Origin: Azolla caroliniana
Lineage: Eukaryota; Plantae; Polypodiophyta
Assembly (NCBI GenBank): GCA_043228905.1
Contig: JBHGNT010000016.1
Span: 13,516,001-13,580,000, forward strand
Direction of reading: 5' to 3'
Length of the DNA: 64,000 bases
The notes beneath the pieces were generated by a model. The model saw only the letters and a program-made list of their open reading frames with translations. It did not search any database and was not told the DNA's origin. Below are positions 25,207 to 37,658 of this stretch, in pieces. Position numbers and translations under genes: made by a program. The stretch's first letter is position 1; each line of letters begins with the position of its first letter.

Positions 25207-25232
25207 GGGTCGAAGCATGCTACGGTGTACCA
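25207..25232 (+). repeat. Left terminal inverted repeat
   Basis: GGGTCGAAGCATGCTACGGTGTACCA. Confidence 0.95.
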
Positions 25233-25479
25233 ACTTTTGGCCAAAAATTTGGTACTAAATCGAAGAAGAAAATAAACATTAAAAATTGTAAATAAATTTC
25301 AAAAAACAAAAAACAAATTCATTACGTCACAGTCGAATGCACAAAGATATTATACGTCACACTCGAAATGTCCCTAGGCCATATTTAATACATTAATTGT
25401 TGCCCTAGTCTCCTAGGTAGAGTTGTACGAAAGCACACCTGGAGAAGGTATCCATTGTGACAATTGGTCAGTCTTAGTA

Positions 25480-25526
25480 TCTCTCTCTCTCTCTCTCTAG
25501 TATGGGTAGTCGAACATGTCAGTTGG

Positions 25527-25593
<67 letters not shown>
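25480..25593. repeat. (CT)n microsatellites upstream of the cargo gene
   Basis: Long ct runs. Confidence 0.95.
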
Positions 25594-25598
<5 letters not shown>

Positions 25599-26589
25599 GT
25601 CTCGAAGTTGTCAGACAGACAATGGCAGAAAGTTAAAGAAAGACGACATATCTATTACAGGTCTATCTCTCTCTTTCTCTCTCTCACTCCACCTTCGAAG
25701 CTCTGTTTCTTTCTTTCTTTCTGTTTCTCTCTCTCACTCCACCTTCGATTCTCTTTTTCCCCGCATAGCTGTTCTTGTGTTCCCCTCTGTGCCAGGTTCG
25801 ATCTCTGAACTTTGTATACGCAGAGATTTTTGTTTCCCCTGCTCGTTGTATGTGTTGTTGATTTTCCTTCCTTGTGTATGCTCGTTTGTCTCCTCTGTAG
25901 CAGCCTCATCAACAACCTCTTGCATATAGGTGATTTTGAAGGCTTGATGTGCTCCCAAGGTGTCGAAATCAACACGGTGTGGTACCTCTGCAAGTTGTAC
26001 GACCTCCAGGTATTCTCTGTGTTGCATGCCCAACTGGTATGTTTTCTTTTTCTGAATGTTTCCTGTCTGTCTGTTTTCTATTTGCATGTGTATGGCCATT
26101 TTTAGGTTTTGATTATTCATAGTCTATGTGTTGCATGCCCAACTGGTATGTTTTTGTTTTCTCTGTGTTTCTTTTAAAAATGTATGACAACATTTTTGAT
26201 CGAGGTGGTTGTGTGTTAGACATGTTTGTACATGCAACGTAAATGGAGTTGGCTATGATGAGTTGCTATGTTTTCGTTTTGTTCTTGTTTCCTGTCCATC
26301 TGTTTTATTTTGTGTGAGTTTGACATGGATGAGTTTTTTTCCGACTATTTTGGGTTTTTGTGTGTTTGACATGGCTTGTACATGCGATGTGATGGAGTTG
26401 GCTATGATGATTTACAATGTTTTCGTTTTCTTTGACTTTCCTATCCATCTATTTTTATTGTCTGTGTGTTTGACATGGATGAGTTTTTTTCCGACTATTT
26501 AGGGTTATTGTGTGTTTGACATGGTTTGTACATGCAATGTGATGATTTGCTATGTGTTAATGGTAATTGCTTGAGTTTTCTTCTAGTAC

Positions 26590-29500
26590 ATGCATATTCA
26601 TTCCCTGAGAATTGTGTTGACTAGGACAATGACGAGAAGGACACCCATAAAGAAGACATTGATGAAAGAGAAAGTGAAGACACCAGTGAAGGAAGGAAGA
26701 AGGACACCCATGAGAGAAAGCAAGAAGACACCCACAAGAGAAAGGGTGATGAATTCATCAACACAGAGAAAGAAGATGTACCACTCCATCAGTCGAGACA
26801 CACCTCTTGGATGGAATTATTTCCTTCGAGCACGACCTGACGTTTATCTAGAGCTGAGAGAGTGGTTGTTAAAAACCTGGGGGTCAGCACATCCCGACAT
26901 AAGGCGAGGATTCCACATAAGTGGTTTGAAGAGGGAATACATGAATTTATTGAAGACGAGATACGAACATGTTTATGATACAAATCAAATCACTAACAAT
27001 GAGGTGGGTACTGTTTTTGCACGTGCTTTTGCATGTGAAGTTCAAGGTGGCATTGACGTAAATTGGGAAGATTTTAATTGGCACCGGTCAGAACATTACA
27101 AAGGGTCCTCCAATACCAACACTGGCTTGAAGTCATCTGGAACCTCTCATGTGGATATTCCAGCTACAACACCTGTCCACCAAGTTCTAGAGGCAAAGGT
27201 ACGGGCCACAATGACTAAAAAGCATGAACACATGATGGCCGATTGCATAGCTTCTATGAGCTCAAGAATACAAGCACTACTTGTTGATTTGGAAGCAGTT
27301 AAATCAGCTGAGATATAGGCAGAAAAGAAATTTTCTTCAATAAAAACTACATATGAATGGATTGCACCGACAATCCAAAATTCAGAAAGTGAAGTGTTGA
27401 AAGAGGAGTTGAAGAAAGAGCTGAACAATATGGGCACTCAATTAGGTTCACAGATGAGAGACCTTGATACTTGCAAGAATGCACATGAAGAAATAGATAA
27501 TAAGTTGTCAGCCTTAAAGTTGCATTCTGAGAACCTTGCATGCTTGATGCAGGATTTAAAACAAAATGGTCTTGATACTTTGTGTTCATCTATAATTGAG
27601 CACCCAAGTGGTATAGAAAGTACCATTACTAGTATAGCCATATCACGGTATTGGCTTTAAAAGTTATTTATTTCTACTTCTCTGGTATAAATAAGTGAGC
27701 AACTAATATATTATAACTTGTGTTTGCAATCTTCCAGGTGTATATTTTGTGGCCTCGGATTCAAGCTGGAGGCTATGGATGTTGTGATTACACCATGCTT
27801 GCACACATATCATGTGATATGTGCTAAGTATCATTTTGAGAAAGAGAATACATGCATGGACTATAAAACTACAATTGCGGCTGAGTGGTACTATGCTTGG
27901 GGTTTAAAAGTACACCCGTACGGTATGTGGCTCTACTATTCTATTGTTTGTATTATATGATGTCAATTAACATTTGGACTAGAACTAGTGTATGCCACAA
28001 TTCATACTTCAAATTTAGTGTAATCTCTAACAACTATTATGTGGAACCCTAATTATGTGGGTTAGTATTGGCAGTACTCTTAATATATAATTGGTATGTG
28101 TAGTTGAAGGGATATTTTCCAGAATTAGTAGTACTAAAAGGGAACCAGGTACAGCATCGTCCAATCTATATTGCAACTTGCCTAGTATTAGTTTAGTAAA
28201 CACTATACTTATAGTACACTGTTGACTGTTAGTATTGTTTGTGTAACTTGGGAATTAGTACTAGTAATGTAATTTGGGAACAAGGTGCATATTAAATTGC
28301 TGAATAATAGTACAGTTATTGTAATTTGGAAATGAGGTGTGTCAAACACATATCACGTTTAGTACTAATACTGTTCAAGATTAATACTGTTGGTGTAATT
28401 AGTACAAGTTATGTAACTAGGTGTGTAGAACACATATCACGTTTAGTATTACTTGTGTGCAAAATACCAATCTACATTTGTTGGATTAGTACTTAGTAAG
28501 TACTACATGGTTCATGATTAGTACTAGTTCTGTACTTTGTGAACTAAGTTACTAGTACATTGCTCATGATTAATACTAGTTTTGTAATTTGGGAACTGAG
28601 TAGTACTTTGTTCCTTATTAGTAGTAGTTTTGTACCTTATTAGTACTAGATCAATAATCTAGAAAATAAGTGAGTAGTACATTTTGTAGGATTAGTACTA
28701 ATTGTGTAATTTGACTAAGTCAGTGGTACATTGTTGAGTAGTACATTGTTCAGGATTAGTACTAATTGTGTAATTTGACTAAGTCAGTGGTACATTGTTC
28801 GGGATTAGTACTCCTTGTGTAATTTGGTAACTAAGTGAGTAGTATATTGTGCATGACTAGTACTACTTGTGTAAATTGGGAACTAAGTGAGCAGTACATT
28901 GTTCGGGATTAGTACTCCTTGTGTAATTTGGTAACTAAGTGAGTAGTATATTGTGCATGATTAGTACTACTTGTGTAAATTGGGAACTAAGTGAGTAGTA
29001 TATTGTGCATGATTAGTACTACTTGTGTAAATTGGGAACTAAGTGAGCAGTACATTGTTTGGGATTAGTACTATTTGGATGATTTAGGAAATAAGTGAGT
29101 AGTACATTGTTCAAGATTAGTACTACTTATTAATTTGACTAAGTCAGTGGTAATTTGGTAACTAAGTGAGTAGTATATTGTGCATGATTAGTACTACTTG
29201 TGTATATTGTACATGATTAGTACTAATCATGTATATTGGGAACTAAGTGAGCAGTACATTGTTCCTTATTAGTACTAGTTCAGTAATTCAGGAAACAAGT
29301 GAGTAGTACATTGTTCAAGATTAGTACTACTCCTTGTGTAATTTGGTAACTAAGTGAGTAGTATATTGTGCATGATTAGTACTACTTGTGTAAATTGGGA
29401 ACTAAGTGAGCAGTACAGTGTTCCTTATCAGTACTAGTTTAGTAATCTAGGAACTATGTGAGTAGTACATGTTTCAGGATTGGTACATTGTGTAATATGG

Positions 29501-31497
29501 GAAGCAGCTCTTGTGACCTACATTATATATTTTAGATGATGGTACTAACATTCAAGGTTTTTTTGTTTCTTGCAATGAATGTTGTAGTGTCAAGCAACTC
29601 CACGCCAGGGAATGTAATGGAACAACCAGCCCCTGTGCCTAAACCCTCAATATCTGCTGCACATTCCAAGGTTCAGGGACCATCATTACCAATAACCTAT
29701 GATTTTTATGATGAGGATGAATGTATGAGAAGGGCCATTGGAGCAGTGGAACATATGCTTCTACAAACAAATTCCCCAAGCTCCGGTCAACATCAAGAAA
29801 TAGAGCCCACTAAGAAGAGAAATGCAGTTTCTTTACAAATAGAGCCCAGTAAGAAGAGAAATGCTGCAAGAATGTTGTATGGAAACGGCAAGAAAGGCAA
29901 AGTTGAATGCAATGGTGAGTCATATAAGTTCTCACCTGTCCGGAGCATTGTCAACCTAATCCATTGTCTAATACCATGTACTTGTGTTACTAGCTAATGA
30001 CGAAATGATATTTGGTGACGGAGATACGAGTCCAAAACCTGATCGTGAAGACGAATTTATCACACTCCCAGGTACACGTCAAAAGCCAGACTTTGAAAAC
30101 AATGATTTAGCTCATAACAACCCTATTTTTTTTGCTATTATAGATCATAACAACACTGTTGAGCACCTAGATGTTGTGGAGAAGATGACCGAGCCCACCA
30201 TTTGCAATGGGGTATCTATGGCTGTACAGTATGACGATGTAACATTAGGTAAAAATGTGGCCCTAAACCCTATGTTCATTGTTTGAAAACTTTTGAGTAT
30301 GTGAGTTGATACTAATATTCTTTGGAATCCCATTAATTAGGTTTACAAGAGCAGTCTGATTCCCAACTGCAATCAAATGAATCGGGAACTTCATGGAGCA
30401 CAAGTGCAGAGTCAGATTCTGGTCAGAGTCAGAATCAAATTAACCTTTGCATGGAGGCAGACTCTGGAAGCACATCTTCCACACATGAGGATTGTGAGAA
30501 AAACGAAGCATTCATATGTGAAGAGCAGCTGGCATGTACAAACAACAGTATGTCTAAAGAAGCCTATGAGGAGTGTGGAAAGAATATGGCAAGTACTGAA
30601 GAGAAGATTGAAGCCCATGAAGAGTGTGGAAAGAATATGGCAAGTACTGAAGAGAAGATTGAAGCCCATGAAGAGTGTGGAAAGAATATGGCAAGTACTG
30701 AAGAGAAGACTGATTGTACTGATAATGTGGCAAGTGCTGAAGAGAAGACTGATTGTACTGATAATGTGTTAGTAGTGTCTACTGATAATGTGCTAGTACT
30801 GTCTAAAGATTCCCTCGAGGATCATGGAAAGAACATTGCTAGTAATGAAGAGGAGCTTGATTGTATTGAGAATGTGCTAGTAGTGTCTTGTGAAGCCCAT
30901 GAGGATCGTGGAAAGAACATCGCTTTCCCTGAAGATAAGCCTGATTGTAGAGAATCCCATGAGGAGTGTAGAGCGAACAACGTTACTAATGAAGGGGGGC
31001 CTGATTGTACTCAGAGCGAGCATACTAGCATCACCCAAGAGGACCAGGCAGTAACGACCACCCAAGTAGGTACACATTGTCTTAAGAATGAGGTGACATC
31101 CACCATACAAGAGGAGTTGACCATGACTACTGCCACGGTCCACATACAGGAGTCTAATAAGAATGAGTGTATAGGCATCAGTGATGATGATAGGGCAATA
31201 AAGATCGCTAGGAGTACAAGCATTCAGGAGATGAGTGATAATTTGTCTATCGACAGCACCTTTGTGGATTTGTGTACAAGCATTGCAGTTGCAGAAAACA
31301 TAGTTACTCTCTCAAGCTTGCCACCAATACAAGGTGCCCACGCATCCACGCCTGTCTCTGATGCCTCAAATGATGAAGTGCCACTTAGTCAGCTCATACC
31401 TAAAGGCTTTAAGATAAAGAAGAATGTAAAATCAGAAAAATCTGGCACCAACAACAAGCGCATTACAAGATCGGCCAAGTTACCCTCTAGTGCCTGA
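26590..31497 (+). pseudogene. Multi-exon cargo gene of the Sola2-like element: basic N-terminus, unknown 'FARAFA' domain, coiled coil, RING-H2-like finger, acidic repetitive tail
   Basis: ORFs 26590-27318 (isolated TAG) and 27394-27660; CIFC...CLHTYHVIC...CMDY at 27739-27900; later exons within 29536-29997, 29984-30286 and 30451-31497; exon borders approximate. Confidence 0.65.
28250..29490. repeat. Intronic minisatellite (~55-57 bp units) rich in the palindrome (T)AGTACT(A)
   Basis: Repeated GATTAGTACTACTTGTGTAAATTGGGAACTAAGTGAGTAGTACATTGT-like units. Confidence 0.85.
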
Positions 31498-32669
31498 TTG
31501 TCTTTCGATTGTACTTGAACTTTAGTTGTTAGTGATGTCTGAAATTGAACTATTTGGATACCAAAATACTGTTTCAATTGCCAATGTCAAAAATCCAGTT
31601 CATGAATTTGAAATAGTTATACCAGTGTGAAATCAAGTTCATGTTTAAGGATTGCTTCTGTATTTTGCTCGTCAACATATATCAAAAACAATGGGAATAT
31701 ACTTTTTGATCTAAGTATTCTTATTTTACAACGTTTTGTTTCTTTTTTGAGATCATCTCCTAATCCTCGCAAAGTCTTTCAGTCTGTTGTAGATAAAATT
31801 CTTGAAAGTCTTCTTAGCTTGCTAGGAAAATTTAGGTTTTCAGGTGTTGATGATGAGAAACAGAAAATATCGGGTGTTATTGAAGATATACTGAAGTATA
31901 GACTGTTTCATCAATGCCATTTGGAGGGTAACTAGAATGTGTGCAAATTGTTGAAGCAATGTGGGCCATATTTTGATGATATCATCCCAAATGATGAACC
32001 ATCCACTAACAGTAGTAAGGAAACACTTACCTTTTTGAGCTATCACAAATTATTGTTTCAAGAGTTGGATTATTTTGTTAAGGAAAGGAAGGTCTGTACT
32101 TTAAAATCCATAGCCTGGATATTCAGGACTTATATACAAGAAGTTAAAACTCAGATGGCTTCACAGGACATATCATGAAACAAAAAAAGGATTCTGAGAG
32201 AATAATTTTCTTTGTTGTCTTCACAGAATTCATCGCCCCCTTTGAAGAATGAACTTACAGTAGAAAATCTTACAATATTAAAGTCTTTAATGAATTCAAC
32301 TAACAATCTTCTCTTGGTAGCAAAAGAAGAGCAGATTTATGTGCCAACAGAGGACACACCAACTCTTATGAATCTAGACTTTATCAAAAAGATATACAAT
32401 ATTTTTACTCATTTTATTTAACATGGCTTTGCAAAACTTCTATGCTCAAATAACATCAGGACACATGAGCAATATCGGCAATGAAGAAATCCAAGTCCTG
32501 TTGACAACAGCTAATATATTATGAAAGATAAGTACAAGTGGTTGAGAGGCATAAACACTTTAGAAGAAAGATGAAATATATCAATTCATTTGTCAATCAT
32601 CAAAATTAATAATGAACTCCAAGTGGATGTTTTTCAGTTTTCTGGTACAATGTATTGATAGGGTGACTT

Positions 32670-35600
32670 TCAAGCATTAAATAGAGAGACCTCCCCTAAT
32701 ATGTGCTCATGAACCTCTTGGGGGACCTTGTAGACAGTGTTGTATCCCTTAACCTTGTGCTTTGCTTGAGTCATATTGAATTTGATTGCAAGAATGGCAT
32801 CAGTGTAGATTATTGCGATGGGTGCTTCTTTTAGTAATGCATATGTGTTCTTGCACTGCGGCAACTTTGCATAATAGTTTCCATACACGACAGACTCACC
32901 AACGTTGAAATTGTTGCCCCAACCATCCCTCACCACTTCTTGCAATAATGTCTTCCCTTGCTTGCACACCACAATGTAGTAGTCTTCTAAATCTTCATTC
33001 TGAGGAGATTTGAGCACTGCAAAATGATCTCCAACTTCCAATAAAACTGCCAAGTCTTGATTTTGGTTGTAGTATACAATATCGTTTGAATGCACATCCT
33101 CTTCAATATCATCTTGTCGTTCAGGTTCAAGCTTCTGCAGCTTCCAGGGCTCCACGATTGATAGGTTGATGCATTTATCCCAAGCTTCATCTAGACACAT
33201 GGAACAAAAGCATGATAAACTACGGAGTAACAATTGTGTTGTGTCCTTGCGGCTAAACCCTAACACACAATGGGTGCTGCGTGTGCCTTTCACAGTTTTA
33301 CAACCATATGATTTAGTTCTATCGACCTCATCAACGCGAACTTCAACAAACAATCTGTTCTTACTATCATTTGACATCTTCCATGTTAGCCACTGCACAA
33401 CATCATGTGCATTTTGTAACTTAGCACCATTATTATCCAACTGCTCACTTGTAAGGGCACGTTTGATCACAACCCCCGTGCCATCATGCTCTCCTTTTCC
33501 ATGTCCAGACCCGAAGTAATTCCATTGCATACGAATATTGAATAAGGAGAAATACCTGCTTTGATATCTTAGGTTTCTAACAAAATTAGTACTATGTTGT
33601 CAATTGAGAGTACTACACTTCCGTTAATACTGATTTAGTACAAATACAAAACAAAGCATAGCACAACGTATCCATTGAGAACACTCTACACTTATTAAAA
33701 GATAAATAGTACTATGTTGTCAACCAACAGTACCTGGCATCCATTTAATACTAACTTAATATGGATATAGCACAAAGTATAGTACAATGAGTTCATGGAA
33801 AGCACTCTACATGTATTAACAGATAAATAGTACAAAATGTTCAATATCGGATAGTACAGTACAATGTGTCCACGGAGAACACAACCCTCCTTAGAAGATC
33901 ATTAGTACTACAAGGCATGTACTTTACATCCCCCAATAAACACTGATTTAGTATAGATACAACACATAGTACAATACAATGTGTTCATGGAGAACGCTGA
34001 ACATTGATTAATAGATAATCAGTACCACACAGTGTGTTTAAAAGATGAGTACAGGATGAGTACAATACTATGAGTACAACATGAGTAAATACTGATTTAG
34101 TACAATTCTCTGAAGGACGGACAATACTATGAGTACAAGATGAGTACTTTACATCCTCCTATAAACACAACATAGTATAGATACAACACACAACATAGTA
34201 CAATGTGTCTATGGAGAACCCTTCACATGGATTAAAACATAATTAGTACAATTCTCTTAAGGACGGACAATACTATAAGTACAAGATGAGTACTTCACAT
34301 CCTTTTTTAAACACAACATAGTACAGAACCAACACACAACATAGTACAATGTGTCTATGGAGAACCCTTCACATGGATTAATCGATACTTAGTACAATTC
34401 TCTTAAGGACGGACAATACTATGAGTACAATATGAGTACTTTACATCCTTCTATACACACAACATAGTACAGATACAACACACAACATAGTACAATGTGT
34501 CTATGGAGAACACTTCAGATGGATAAAAAGATAATTAGTACAATTCTCTTAAGGACGGACAATACTATGAGTACAAGATGAGTACTTTACATCCTTCTGT
34601 AAACACAACATAGTACAATGTGTCTATGGAGAACACTTCACATGGATTAAAAGTTACTTAGTACAATTCTCTTAAGGACGGACAATACTATAGAGTACAA
34701 TACGAGTACTTTACATCCTTCAGTAAATACTGATTTAGTACAGATACAACACACAACATAGTACAAACAAAATTAGTATGCATGCATCCATTCACAAGTG
34801 CAAGATTCGAATAGTTACAAACATAATTAGTATGCATCCATGTGAATAGTACTGTTTGTTAATAGTTACAAACATAATTAGTATGCATCCACTAACACAA
34901 GAATTACATCCTTACACATTGCATGATAAGTACTAAACATATGGATTAAAAATTACCTGGCGATAAAGTAGAACGATCGTGCCGCCTTAAACTGCGAGGC
35001 AGCACCATCAGACCAAACCCAATGATGGTTAAAGGTTAACCCTAGAGAAAATAAATCTGCATGGTGAAGCTTAAAACAATGTTGAAGAAATAGTGTATCA
35101 TGCTTTTTATCATCTGAAATGTAAAATATTGATTTCTTATGTAACTCACCGTCTTGCCTCCAATAGCAAATATGTACAAGTATTGTACATTGATCATTGT
35201 ACCAATGCATTGATTGAACCTCATTTTGAACTTTAAATGTATAGTTTTCTGCAAAATCAATAACGGATACGATGACACCCGTTGGTAAGTTATTAATACA
35301 TTCCTTGAACTATGAATTTTGCCAATAACTCCGGAAGTTATGTGGAATGAACTCCCCAAGTTGTTTCTTAAATTCTGAGACAAGGGTAGCAGCACATGTC
35401 TCCTTATATACTTCTTTGATACGCTTAGTTACAACTCCCTTGCCAATATTTTCAGTCACATACTCCAAATATTTCCATTTCACGATATGACTATTTCCCA
35501 AATCAAGCTCCTGCCTACAAAATAATGGTAGCGAACAAACCTTACATGTTCTTAATAGACATGTACGACGATGCCACTCACATGATGGTTCTTTTTCACA

Positions 35601-36604
35601 AACACAAGACCTCCATAGCTCAGAAACGGATGCATAAGTCATGTTTCGTGCATTACACCTATTATCCTCCCCATTTGGTCTACAAATCTCACAAGTGCAG
35701 ACACATAATTCCCCGTGTATACCCTTAGAATCAGTATGCATTGCATTCACTTCTAGCCTTAACATGTCCATCTTCACATGGTACACACAACAACATGTAT
35801 TCCTCTCATTTAATTTTCTAACATAAAATGGTTTCAAACCTTGGAACTTGCGGAATCCAACAGTCAAGCTTGGATGTTGGTCTTTAAAGTTCATGTACAA
35901 TTCAGCCTACATCAACCAATATATATAGCAAACATTAATATACACTTGGTCAAAACACAAAGTTATGGAATGTGAATTGATATAAAAAAATGGAATACCT
36001 CTATCATCTCCAAGAAGTGTCTAGGGTGAATCTGGTACTTACCCTGACTTATTCGTTGTCTACACACGTCCTTCTTATTTGGTGAGACATGCGTATTTTT
36101 GGCCCAAAATGAATCCACTTTCTCAATAATCTCTTGAGATAAGGCATCACATCGTCGTCTACGTCCCAACCCTAGCCACTTGAATTTGCTTGAGTGTATA
36201 TTTCGGCGATGTTTCCTCAAGTTCCTTCTTTGAATACCCAGGGCTAAGGCAACTTTAGTATCACTATATTTTTTTTCTCTCGCACCGTTCACAACCATGT
36301 GTAGGGTTGCCCTCTTTGCAGCAAGTTTGTCTAAGCTCCCTACACCTTTCACCAAGTCTAGGGATGACTTCATAGACTCCACAATCTCTTCTGAAACACA
36401 TTGGTCCCTAAATTTTATTCTCTCCATGTCTTCATTCAAACTTTGATGGTGTAACACTCTACAGATAATATCCCTACGATCCTCTTCACTAAATCTCTTC
36501 GTTATTTCTACCAAATAACGGACTATGTGAAGAACCACTCGTCTCTTAGTCCTTTCAGATATGCATGAGTTACTTAACAACTCACTCTCGTTAGGAACCC
36601 CCAT
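32670..36604 (-). pseudogene. Sola2-type DDD transposase, 3 exons (36604-35999, 35906-34957, 33555-32670), one premature TAG at 35310-35312
   Basis: GT-AG introns restore the frame; CxCxxH-like NTCCCVYH, Cys-rich region, VIDFAENYTF-QNEVQSMHW, WSDGAASQFK, WNYFGSGHGKGEHDG, SCFCSMC. Confidence 0.9.
33900..34780. repeat. Tandem repeat (~120-140 bp units, AGTAC-rich) in transposase intron 2
   Basis: Repeated TTAGTACAATTCTCTTAAGGACGGACAATACTATGAGTACAAGATGAGTACTTTACATCC units. Confidence 0.85.
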
Positions 36605-36835
36605 TCGGTCACTAGATTTATCAACAAAAATTAAGTGTCTTGCGAAAGTAGTTAATGTTATATAGACTCAACCAAGAAAACACAATCAAATGTTTTTAAA
36701 TGTGGCCTACAAAGTGAGAAATATTTTGTTTCAAACATTAGAATTACATATCAAATATGACAAATGTCAATTCTAAAAATTTAGTGCTGAAATATGAAGA
36801 AATGAAACATTTTAGTACTGAAAATAAAAAAATGG

Positions 36836-37134
36836 ATGGAAGGAACCTTCAATGGTGGAGGGAGCGTTGGATATGCCGCCTCGATTTGGTGGAAGGAACC
36901 TCCAATGGTGGAGGGAGCGTGGATATGCAGCCTCGATTTGGTGGAAGGAACCTCCAATGGTGGAGGGAGCGTGGATATGCAGCCTCGATTTGGTGGAAGG
37001 AACCTCCAATGGTGGAGGGAGCGTTGGATATGCCGCCTCGATTTGGTGGAAGGAACCTCCAATGGTGGAGGGAGCGTTGGATATGCCACCTTGATTTGGT
37101 GGAAGGAACCTCCAATGCCGCCTCGATTTGGTGG
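36836..37134. repeat. 52-53 bp tandem repeat (~5.5 copies) upstream of the transposase ATG
   Basis: Unit GATTTGGTGGAAGGAACCTCCAATGGTGGAGGGAGCGTGGATATGCAGCCTC. Confidence 0.9.
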
Positions 37135-37632
37135 AAAAAGCCCCAAATCACCACGACATCAACTGCAATCGGTGGAAGTAAGAAAGTCGTTGTTGAAGAA
37201 GTCACTATTGGTTGCTACCTAAACCCTCAGAACAGTCTCTGTACCTCAACCTAAACCCTAACAAAAACAGAAACCCTAAAAAAATCAGAAATCCTCAACT
37301 CAAACTCTCCAACCAGACTTGGATGTCTGAGATTTAGATTGAAGGAAAATCAGAAACGTGACATGGATGTCTATGATGAAAAGCTCAGAGGGACAGAGGA
37401 AGAGGAGTATGAGGGGAAGCGCCAAAATCGACGTGAGGGGAAAATAGCCCCCAAAATGGAAGAACATCTCCTCACGTGTTCCCCCCACTCCTTCTACAGT
37501 AAATGACACTTGTACTACAGTCACCCCACTCTCCAAAATCGATTTTCTTTTTCTCTAATTTTTTTTGTGAATTATTCAGTACTAATAGTATTGAAAGTAC
37601 TGACAATTTTTGTGGCCAAAAACAATACTTTC

Positions 37633-37658
37633 TGGTACACCGTAGCGTGCTTCGACCC
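37633..37658 (-). repeat. Right terminal inverted repeat
   Basis: TGGTACACCGTAGCGTGCTTCGACCC. Confidence 0.95.

Larger units (their letters stand above)
25207..37658 (-). mobile_element. Complete Sola2-like DNA transposon (12,452 bp)
   Basis: 26-bp TIR GGGTCGAAGCAYGCTACGGTGTACCA at both ends (1 mismatch); perfect 4-bp TSD TGAC (25203-25206 and 37659-37662); transposase motifs DFAENY, SDGAASQFK, GHGKGEHDG. Confidence 0.9.

Noticed and set aside
25464-26502. SLSLSL-type and hydrophobic ORFs
   Set aside because: Translations of a CT microsatellite and T-rich 5' UTR/intron sequence.
36757-37254. ORFs in several frames
   Set aside because: Artefacts of the stop-poor 52-bp tandem repeat.
25207-37658. 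CACTA, hAT or Mutator assignment for the DNA transposon
   Set aside because: Termini are GGG rather than CACTA, the TSD is 4 bp rather than 3, 8 or 9-11 bp, and the catalytic motifs fit Sola2.
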